Shown: positions 1 to 6,075 of the stretch, one piece after another | Layout of the letters: every line of letters starts with the position of its first letter | Numbering within the stretch: position 1 is the first letter of the stretch | Source of the DNA: a bacterium | GTDB taxonomy: Bacteria > RBG-13-61-14 > DATKZS01 | Assembly (NCBI GenBank): GCA_046484135.1 | Contig: JAWOBU010000215.1 | Span: 1-10,544, forward strand | Direction: 5' to 3' | DNA length: 10,544 bases | Notes under the pieces: model-generated | The model's database searches: none | What the model was told of the DNA's origin: nothing | The model's input: only the letters and a program-made list of their open reading frames with translations | Translations under genes and position numbers: made by a program

Positions 1-293
1 AGGGAATCGTCCTCATGCAGGTCCATGCAGATGTTATGGCTTACTTCCCATCCATCCGCCATTCCGTCTGCATCTATGTCCGGCAAGAAAGGGTTTGACG
101 AGAAGGCATACTCTTTGAGGTTTATTAACCCGTCTCCGTCCGAGTCTTTATAGCCCTCGTCAGAGTTGGGATCGAGAAGAAAAGTGAGCTCCCATGCATC
201 CGGCATACCGTCGCCGTCAGAGTCTGCCGCGTATTTATCCGTTTTCGAGAAGTTGGACTCATATGAATCGGAGAGCCCGTCGCCGTCGGAATC
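1..293 (-). repeat. Bacterial TSP3-like Ca-binding repeat block 2 (at least 4 units, runs off window)
   Basis: DSDGDGLSDSYE, DSDGDGMPDAWE, DSDGDGLINLKE, DIDADGMADGWE. Confidence 0.85.
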
Positions 294-2870
294 AGCAAGC
301 CGGCAGCGGTCAAAGGGCTGGGTAACTATTTGTTGGCTGTAGCCGGTTGAGGACGTGGTGAAGGACTGACTGGCTCCTACAGGGAATGAGTTGGAGTAGG
401 CCCCGCCTAGAGCCTGCCCGAATCCCGTATCAAAAGGAAAGCCGGGGCTGCCCACGTAGTAATAGTAGGTACTGGCATTCCAGCCGGTCAGAAACACGTA
501 GTACTTGTCGGTTTTAAGCCGGATGTTGACCGGCCCGGAGCTGTAGTAGCCGCTTGGGGTTTTGTCCCCTGCGTATCGAAGCCTTTCCCAGATTTTGGTG
601 TAAGTCTCGCTCTCGGTGTCCGCCTCGAACACTGCAAACTGGAGTGTGGACCCGTCTTCCGGGTCTATCTTTTGCTTGAACTCTATAAGAAGAGCGCTGG
701 TGTCCACCCTGTACTTTGTCCCGCGATAACGGGTAGTGCCGTCGGTGCCGCCCCCGGTGTCGGCAATGGTCTGCGAGCTTGCCGGCCCGCAATCGTCGAG
801 GGGCTTTTCTTCATGGAGTATGAGGTTCCGGTGCAGGGCCTTGGCTTCTTCCCTGATGCCGCTCGGGTCTGCTCCGTATTCCAGGGTCATGGTAGAAAAT
901 GACACGTCTCCTTGTCCGTATTGAAAGGTGGAGAGTACCGGCCCGCCGGTGGTGTCCGCGGTAATGACGTTGGCCGGAGTAGTGGCAGTAGCTGATATCT
1001 CGCCGTGGGCGGAGGATTTCCAATCGTCTATCCCGGCCGAGGTGACTCCTATGACGGACCAGTGGGCGGGTAGTTGTACCGTGAGTTTATCGCTGAAGCC
1101 TGATACCCCCTCCATTTCCGGCGGAATGGTATAGTTGCCGTACCAGTAGGGCGAGTTGTCGGCGCCGTGGAAATCGAGGTCTCCGCCTTGTTCCACCCAG
1201 GCGTTGATCCGCTCGGAATCGTTCTCCAAAGCAGCGTATAGTGCATCCTCCTGCTTGGACTCGATGATTATTTTGTCGTAGAGGGAATAATCTGCGGAGC
1301 TTATCTCGGTATTGCTGATCAGGGTATATGGTACTCCGAAATCGTTCATCACGCTGGTATTGGCGTCTGCCCAGCTCTGTGAGTCGCGAATCAGGGCGGC
1401 GTTCTTTGGAAAGCATCCGATAGTGCAGGTTTCCACTTTCTGGTAATACCTGCTGAGATCGGAGGCGGAGATAGAGTAGGACTGCGGGGGAGGCCAGTTT
1501 TTGCTTATACTGCCGCCGTAGTTTATCTCTCCGAAATGGACGCTCACGGTGGAGGTATCGTCATAACGGGCATAGGCCCGGCTGTTTTCCCCCCAAGGAA
1601 GGTCGTATCCCATGCCGATAAAGTAGGTCTTGCCGGGCCGTAGGATCACGTACAGGTCTCCGGACTCGAACCACTGGGAGCCGGTGTCGTCCATTGCCAG
1701 GGTGGTCTCGAAAATCTTGGTGAAGCTCTGCCCTGGCGTGTTGCCTTCATAAACCAGGGGCCGGTAATTGTAAGGAGTGGAGAACAAAAGATACTGTTCG
1801 AAACCGGTAAGCACGGTGGCCTTTGACACCTCGTAGAAGTTGCCGTAGATGCGGGTCTCGCCTATATCCCAGGACTTGCTGTTGCCCACGGTCTCTATCA
1901 GGGCCTGGTAGTCGTCCAGGGCACTTGTGCAGTCAGTGCCCGCCTGGACCTCGTCAGCGTCGCTGACTCCTCCGGCGTCCGTGTCCGCCAGGGCGGGATC
2001 GCACCCCGCCAGGTACTCGCCCAGATTGTCAAGGCCGTCCACGTCATCGTCTTTGGCTGCGTCATTGGTTAATGGGTCGGTGCCGTTGTTCATCTCCCAG
2101 TAGTCGTCCATGCCGTCGCCGTCGGTGTCCGGATCGCACGGGTCAGTGCCCTGAATAAATTCCTCCAGGTTGCTGATTCCGTCATTGTCCGGGTCCTCCC
2201 ACGCGTCTCGACTGCCTGCTTCAACGCACTGGGTGGAGTTCTCGAAATCGTCCCCCATGCCGTCGTGGTCCGAGTCGCCGACCGAGATCACCACGTCGTC
2301 ACGGTCGTTATAGCTTCCGGACTCGCAGGCCGAACCGGAGGTGCCATAAGTAAAGGCGGCCCTTACCACCTGGTTCCCGCCGGGGGAAGGCAGGTTAAAG
2401 GTCACTTCCAGGGTCTCGGTCGAGCCGGACACGGTACAGGGCGTATCTCCTGCATCCGTCCAGGACGGGTTCACCGTGTTGGGAGACACGTAGACGGTAA
2501 GCCGATCGGTGGTGTTATAACAATAGACCACTGCCTCCACTTTCACGGTGTCGCCGGGCAAGAATTTATCACCGGAAAGGTCAACGACCGAGAAGGAGTC
2601 AAGCGACTCGTAGTCGGAATGATAGACCCCCGAGGTCCCGTCCGCGCAAGGGCTGGTGGAAATGGTATTGGGCTGATTGGGCTCCTCACCACCGCTGATG
2701 TTGTCCCGCCCGTTTATCAAGGAACCGGGCACGTGGCAGGGACTGACTCCCCGGACACATTGTGGAGCGTGGTGCGCAGGGCTGAAGCTCGCCGTCTCTT
2801 GCGCGGCCACGGAAGCGGCCAGGATAAAAACCACAAACCCCGCCAATACCTGTAAACCAAACCTCTTCAT
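1..2870 (-). CDS. Large secreted/surface multidomain protein with TSP3-like Ca-binding repeats (partial, at least 956 aa, continues past the left edge)
   Basis: ATG at 2870-2868 with an AAGGAG RBS just upstream on the minus strand. Translation starts MKRFGLQVLAGFVVFILAASVAAQETASF and is still in the same frame at the window edge (...DIDADGMADGWEVSHNICMDLHEDDS). Its absence from the ORF track fits there being no stop in the window. Contains a signal peptide and nine DxDxDG-like repeats. Confidence 0.93.
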   Translation of the reverse strand, partial: MKRFGLQVLAGFVVFILAASVAAQETASFSPAHHAPQCVRGVSPCHVPGSLINGRDNISGGEEPNQPNTISTSPCADGTSGVYHSDYESLDSFSVVDLSGDKFLPGDTVKVEAVVYCYNTTDRLTVYVSPNTVNPSWTDAGDTPCTVSGSTETLEVTFNLPSPGGNQVVRAAFTYGTSGSACESGSYNDRDDVVISVGDSDHDGMGDDFENSTQCVEAGSRDAWEDPDNDGISNLEEFIQGTDPCDPDTDGDGMDDYWEMNNGTDPLTNDAAKDDDVDGLDNLGEYLAGCDPALADTDAGGVSDADEVQAGTDCTSALDDYQALIETVGNSKSWDIGETRIYGNFYEVSKATVLTGFEQYLLFSTPYNYRPLVYEGNTPGQSFTKIFETTLAMDDTGSQWFESGDLYVILRPGKTYFIGMGYDLPWGENSRAYARYDDTSTVSVHFGEINYGGSISKNWPPPQSYSISASDLSRYYQKVETCTIGCFPKNAALIRDSQSWADANTSVMNDFGVPYTLISNTEISSADYSLYDKIIIESKQEDALYAALENDSERINAWVEQGGDLDFHGADNSPYWYGNYTIPPEMEGVSGFSDKLTVQLPAHWSVIGVTSAGIDDWKSSAHGEISATATTPANVITADTTGGPVLSTFQYGQGDVSFSTMTLEYGADPSGIREEAKALHRNLILHEEKPLDDCGPASSQTIADTGGGTDGTTRYRGTKYRVDTSALLIEFKQKIDPEDGSTLQFAVFEADTESETYTKIWERLRYAGDKTPSGYYSSGPVNIRLKTDKYYVFLTGWNASTYYYYVGSPGFPFDTGFGQALGGAYSNSFPVGASQSFTTSSTGYSQQIVTQPFDRCRLADSDGDGLSDSYESNFSKTDKYAADSDGDGMPDAWELTFLLDPNSDEGYKDSDGDGLINLKEYAFSSNPFLPDIDADGMADGWEVSHNICMDLHEDDS
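1930..2276 (-). repeat. Bacterial TSP3-like Ca-binding repeat block 1 (5 units, protein-level repeat)
   Basis: DSDHDGMGDDFE, DPDNDGISNLEE, DTDGDGMDDYWE, DDDVDGLDNLGE, DTDAGGVSDADE, mostly followed by GTDP/GCDP/GTDC linkers. Confidence 0.85.
2802..2870 (-). other. Sec signal peptide of the large surface protein
   Basis: MKR basic n-region, hydrophobic core LAGFVVFILAA, then a small-residue cleavage site SVAA|QET. Confidence 0.8.
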
Positions 2871-2987
2871 TCTGGTCTCCTTACTATCCAGGATGAGCCC
2901 TGTGTGCGGTTACGATGTCTCCTTATCGAAGGCCCTGTAAAAAGCCGGATGGGAACAACAAAAGCTTGCCGTAGTCAGGCCGATTAT

Positions 2988-3016
2988 ATAATAGCAAGTT
3001 TTCTTAACCGCGTCCA
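2988..3016 (-). promoter_or_regulatory. Candidate sigma70 promoter for the surface-protein gene
   Basis: Minus strand TGGACG (3016-3011), 17-nt spacer, TATTAT (2993-2988) with an extended -10 TG, about 120 nt upstream of the ATG. Confidence 0.35.
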
Positions 3017-3227
3017 CAAAAAAAATCCAAATCCCTCAAAAAATCCACTCACTTGTATGTTAAGAATTCTCTTTTGCGAAAGTATAAATATTCGTCAGGC
3101 CAGAGGCTCAAGCCGCGACTTGAACAGACTTACTGAACAATCCGCCGCGCAGTATAAAAACATCTATCTTTCTCCCGCTGTATCCTGTAATAGACGAAAG
3201 AAACGGGAAAAAATTTCCTGGTAGGAG

Positions 3228-3247
3228 TGATGCCCTCGTAAAAAGTC
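3228..3247 (+). repeat. Left terminal inverted repeat of the IS remnant
   Basis: TGATGCCCTCGTAAAAAGTC. Confidence 0.9.
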
Positions 3248-3293
3248 GTTTTTTCCAACTCCCTGAAAAACTTCAATTTTGGAAAATTTTTGC

Positions 3294-3322
3294 TTGACTT
3301 TCCGAAAAAGGTGTGGTGAAAT
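3294..3322 (+). promoter_or_regulatory. Sigma70-type transposase promoter inside the IS
   Basis: TTGACT (3294-3299), 17-nt spacer, TGAAAT (3317-3322) with an extended -10 TG at 3314-3315. AGGAG RBS at 3346-3350 follows. Confidence 0.55.
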
Positions 3323-3357
3323 AATCCAAATTTTTCAATAAGTTAGGAGAGAAACCC

Positions 3358-3556
3358 TTGATGAACGTCAAAAATGTCAAACAGGGCCACTTGTTCAATC
3401 CTTGGGGACATTTGGGGGAAAAGCGGCGAAAGCTCCTGGAGGAATCGTGGGCCGGTCTGTTCCGGGAGCATATCCTGGAAGAGCTGCCGGTTGATGAGCT
3501 CGCGCTTTTTTCAAGGCCGACTTCGGCCGGCCGACAAAAAAACTCTACATGATTAA
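3358..3556 (+). pseudogene. Transposase N-terminal fragment, frameshifted and truncated
   Basis: MNVKNVKQGHLFNPWGHLGEKRRKLLEESWAGLFREHILEELPVDELA matches, from memory, the N-terminus of a deltaproteobacterial transposase family (LFDPW..L..KRR.LL..SW.GLFREHIL..LPV...F....GRPTKELY). The continuation FFKADFGRPTKKLYM is in the -1 frame after the T-run at 3506-3511, and similarity stops near 3555. Confidence 0.85.
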
Positions 3557-3650
3557 TATTCCGGCAATCAATTGAAATGTTACTCCCGACAACACCCCAA
3601 GTGATAATCGCACCGGCCAACTGAAGCCGATCCAGCCCCAAGAGGCTTGT

Positions 3651-3670
3651 GACTTTTTGCGAGGGCATCA
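3651..3670 (-). repeat. Right terminal inverted repeat of the IS remnant
   Basis: GACTTTTTGCGAGGGCATCA; the reverse complement TGATGCCCTCGCAAAAAGTC differs from the left IR at one base. Confidence 0.9.
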
Positions 3671-3808
3671 AAGATTGAATCCTTTCTATACAACCGATCA
3701 TCTAAAGGACAAAAAGCCCGGAAAGATATCCTCACCTCGAGTTGTACAAGAGCCGGCGAGCGCCGAGTGACTGGTTTTAATAACCAAGGAGAACAGAGAG
3801 GCCCCGGG

Positions 3809-5176
3809 ATGAATGACGGTGAATTCAATAATCCTCATGAAGGACCTGCAGGTCAAGACCTTCCTCCAAAGTCAGATGATAACAAGAAAAACCGAAAGCC
3901 TTCTCCAACTAACAAAATAACCCCCCCCAATAACTCTTCGTCAAAAAATGTTGTTGAACCCCGAAGAAACAATGTTGATTTCTGCGACGACCTGCCTCGT
4001 TCGCAAAAGGATGACGGACCGATAGAGCTGACAGAGGAAGAGATAGTCAAAGCACATAATAAAGAATCCCTTGCAAGGCTGGAGAAGTTTTTAAAAGCCG
4101 AAGTGACCGAACCGGTTGAGCACGGCAAAATAATGCTGGGATTCATGCCCAGGAGCTCGGAGGCCTATCACGCCATCTACAAGAAGATCTATGAGCTGGA
4201 GCACACCCCGTCACACGTTAAAGAGGAGATGGTCACCAAGAAGCAGCTCAAGTTTCAAGTAGAGGTTGCAAAGAAACTTTTCCTGGAAAAGGATTGCACG
4301 CTGGTAGACGGCGCAAAGCTTCGGGCGTGCTATAAAAGGATGCAAAGTATATGCGGGCTTAAGTCCCCCAAGAAAAACCTGCTTGCCATACTTGCCTCCA
4401 GCGCCTTTAACAGTGATATGAAGCCCATCCCTCTTCTCCTGGCGGGTCCGCCGGGAGTGGGTAAAACCAGCCTTGCCGCGGCCGCGGCCGGCGGCCTGGA
4501 AAGAAAGCTGCAAGTAATATCGCTGGGGGGAAGGGTTGATCCGGATTATTTGCGGGGAACCAGGCCGATGTGGCTGGGAGCGGAGCCCGGCATGATAGCG
4601 AAGGCATACAGCCGCTATGGCAAAAAGCTCATGTTCATGTTCGATGAAATAGACAAGCTCGAGAGCGGAGCCAATGCCTCCTTCACTTTAAAGCAGACCG
4701 ATCTGCTCAGCGTGTTCGATTCCTCCCAGAACTTCGCTTTTAACGACTTTTACCTCGACTATCCGATTGATCTTTCTTCCCTGCCCATGATCGCGACCGC
4801 GAACAGCCTCGATACCCTGCTGGACCCCCTGGTAAACAGGTTCGAGGTAATAGAGCTGGGGGATTACTCGGTTGAAGAGAAGCTCGTCATAGCATCCGAT
4901 TATATTGCACCCAGGCTCTTGCAGGAGATGGGGCTGGTGGGAAAGTTTAAGATATCCATCGAGCTCGTGGACAAGATAATAGAGAAAAACCGCGATCAGC
5001 CGGGCATGAGGCAGATCGAGAGAGACTTAAAGTTCATTCTCTCCCACGCCATCCTGCACTACTTTAGAGGAGAAATAAAGATACCGGCAAAGCTCAATAA
5101 AAAGGCCATAAAGTTACTTGACAACGAAAACAAACCCAAGCCAAGAAAAGTAGGCTTTCGCACTCAGGACGAGTAA
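3809..5176 (+). CDS. Lon-type AAA+ ATPase lacking the Lon N-domain and the S16 protease domain
   Basis: Walker A GPPGVGKTS (from 4445), pore-loop region GTRPMWLGAEPG (Lon GHRRTYIGAMPG), Walker B MFMFDEIDK, FNDFYLDYPIDLS (Lon F.DHYL....DLS), sensor-1 IATAN, Arg finger LVNRFEVI, YSVEEKLVIA, sensor-2 GMR. Ends shortly after the AAA lid with KPRKVGF. Start chosen at ATG 3809; an in-frame GTG at 3767 is the alternative. Confidence 0.88.
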   Translation: MNDGEFNNPHEGPAGQDLPPKSDDNKKNRKPSPTNKITPPNNSSSKNVVEPRRNNVDFCDDLPRSQKDDGPIELTEEEIVKAHNKESLARLEKFLKAEVTEPVEHGKIMLGFMPRSSEAYHAIYKKIYELEHTPSHVKEEMVTKKQLKFQVEVAKKLFLEKDCTLVDGAKLRACYKRMQSICGLKSPKKNLLAILASSAFNSDMKPIPLLLAGPPGVGKTSLAAAAAGGLERKLQVISLGGRVDPDYLRGTRPMWLGAEPGMIAKAYSRYGKKLMFMFDEIDKLESGANASFTLKQTDLLSVFDSSQNFAFNDFYLDYPIDLSSLPMIATANSLDTLLDPLVNRFEVIELGDYSVEEKLVIASDYIAPRLLQEMGLVGKFKISIELVDKIIEKNRDQPGMRQIERDLKFILSHAILHYFRGEIKIPAKLNKKAIKLLDNENKPKPRKVGFRTQDE

Positions 5177-5205
5177 AGGGGCGTATTAACGCTGAGGAGA
5201 GTCAA

Positions 5206-5670
5206 ATGTTGTCATCGCAAGACAAGCCAGGAAAGGATACAGCCGGCGACAACTTGAACGTGGATGCAAACCTGCTCGGCAGGTTGCAAACTCCTTTTCC
5301 CAAGACGTGGTGGATCAAGCAAGACCTGTTTTTAGCCGGATGTTACCCGGGGGACCGCGACCCGGAAAAAGCACGCCAAAAGCTTAGCGGGCTTCTGGCT
5401 CTTGGGGTTCGTGCGGTGGTCTGCCCGCGCTGCCGCGCAGCAGGCGGGGAGAACGAGGCCGTGGCCATACCAAGGGCCCGGGAACTCACCGCGCAAATCC
5501 ACTCCATCAAAAAGACAGCAACCGAGGCCGGATACGCCCGCTTCGACACCGAAAAGAACGAGCGCCATCACGCCGACAAGTTCTGGACATTGGCCCTCGC
5601 GGTCCATGCCGCCGGTCTGGGCAAGGACAAACGCCGCAAGCGCCAGAAAGTCTCGGCGAGCGTTGTGTAG
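5206..5670 (+). pseudogene. In-frame chimera: N-terminus of a protein-tyrosine/dual-specificity phosphatase-like protein (5206-~5420) fused to the C-terminus of a phage terminase large subunit (~5449-5670)
   Basis: GAGGAG RBS before ATG 5206. PFPKTWWIKQDLFLAGCYPG...KLSGLLALGVRAVVC resembles the start of bacterial DSP-like phosphatases, but no HCxxGxxR follows. AIPRARELTAQIHSIKKTATEAGYARFDTEKNERHHADKFWTLALAVHAA resembles the nuclease-domain end (H.D.FW.LALA) of Mu-like/Terminase_6 large subunits. The junction lies on a palindrome. Confidence 0.75.
5421..5448. repeat. Short GC-rich palindromic element, copy 1, at the phosphatase/terminase junction
   Basis: CTGCCCGCGCTGCCGCGCAGCAGGCGGG: stems CCCGC/GCGGG and GCTGC/GCAGC with a CGC loop. 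Its ends resemble those of copy 2. Confidence 0.65.
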
Positions 5671-5738
5671 AGGGTAACGGAGAGGTAGACGATGACGGCT
5701 CCAAAACCAAGACCGGAAGTCCTCCCCGGCGCCACCTA

Positions 5739-5773
5739 CCTGCCTGCGCCATGTCCACGACGCGGCAGGCAGG
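5739..5773. repeat. Short GC-rich palindromic element, copy 2, at the TSCPD deletion junction
   Basis: Perfect 9-bp inverted repeat CCTGCCTGC (5739-5747) / GCAGGCAGG (5765-5773) around a 17-nt spacer. Confidence 0.8.
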
Positions 5774-5963
5774 GAAGCCATCGCCCGCCTCATCTCCCTC
5801 GCTCTCCGAAGCGGCGTTGAACCCAAGGACATCATCAAGCGACTCCGGGGTATTGCATGTCACCGGGTAGCTTGGCACGGAGGTGAGAAGATTCACTCGT
5901 GCGCTGATGCTATTGCCAAGGCCCTTGAGTTAAATAGCGGTGTCTTAAAGAAGGATGTGAATT

Positions 5964-5999
5964 GTTCACTCAAGCAACAAGCCGGTTGCGGTAAATATG
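5964..5999. promoter_or_regulatory. Candidate autoregulatory operator pair upstream of the response regulator
   Basis: GTTC-ACTCAAG-CAAC (5964-5978) and a GTTG half-site starting 21 bp later (5985). Motif and spacing are the same as the sites at 7434-7559. Confidence 0.5.
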
Positions 6000-6075
6000 G
6001 ATAACCTGTTATGATTAAAATTGAAAGATACTACCTGTGTCAGAGATGGAGAGTAATAAAGAACGGAATCGTTTC

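Larger units (their letters stand above)
3228..3670 (+). mobile_element. Internally deleted insertion sequence (443 bp, MITE-like derivative of a DDE IS; family uncertain, IS5/IS1182/ISNCY-like)
   Basis: 20-bp terminal inverted repeats match at 19/20 (TGATGCCCTCGTAAAAAGTC vs reverse complement of GACTTTTTGCGAGGGCATCA). They enclose a promoter, an RBS and the 5' ~65 codons of a transposase. No clear target-site duplication. Confidence 0.88.
5692..6004 (+). pseudogene. TSCPD-domain protein (class II ribonucleotide reductase NrdJ C-terminal/NrdJb-like), internally deleted and frameshifted
   Basis: GGAGAGG RBS and ATG 5692 give MTAPKPRPEVLPGATY. After the palindrome, a different frame from 5774 reads EAIARLISLALRSGVEPKDIIKRLRGIACHRVAWHGGEKIHSCADAIAKALE...* (TAA 6002-6004), with SCAD as the TSCPD variant. 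The usual intervening segment (TGCG.LYVTIN...PFEVF...GK.GGC) is absent. Confidence 0.85.

Noticed and set aside
125..2940. Many short ORFs on both strands, including 2265..2855 + (196 aa)
   Set aside because: All overlap the long minus-strand surface-protein frame and have no recognisable motifs; they are shadow ORFs.
2904..3224. 106-aa plus-strand ORF in the intergenic region
   Set aside because: AT-rich, promoter-like DNA with no clear RBS or protein motifs.
3506..3511. Programmed -1 frameshift in the transposase at the T-run
   Set aside because: The element is internally deleted and the shift is more simply explained by a 1-nt deletion. No canonical slippery heptamer is present at this position.
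4475..4488. Perfect palindrome GCCGCGGCCGCGGC in the ATPase gene
   Set aside because: It encodes the poly-Ala helix after Walker A, keeps frame and length, and is unrelated to the CTGCC palindromes.
3767..5176. Calling the gene lon
   Set aside because: It has no Lon N-domain and no Ser-Lys protease domain, so the symbol was withheld.
5332..5896. Minus-strand ORFs 5332..5838 and 5507..5896
   Set aside because: They are antisense to the recognisable terminase and TSCPD remnants and have no motifs.
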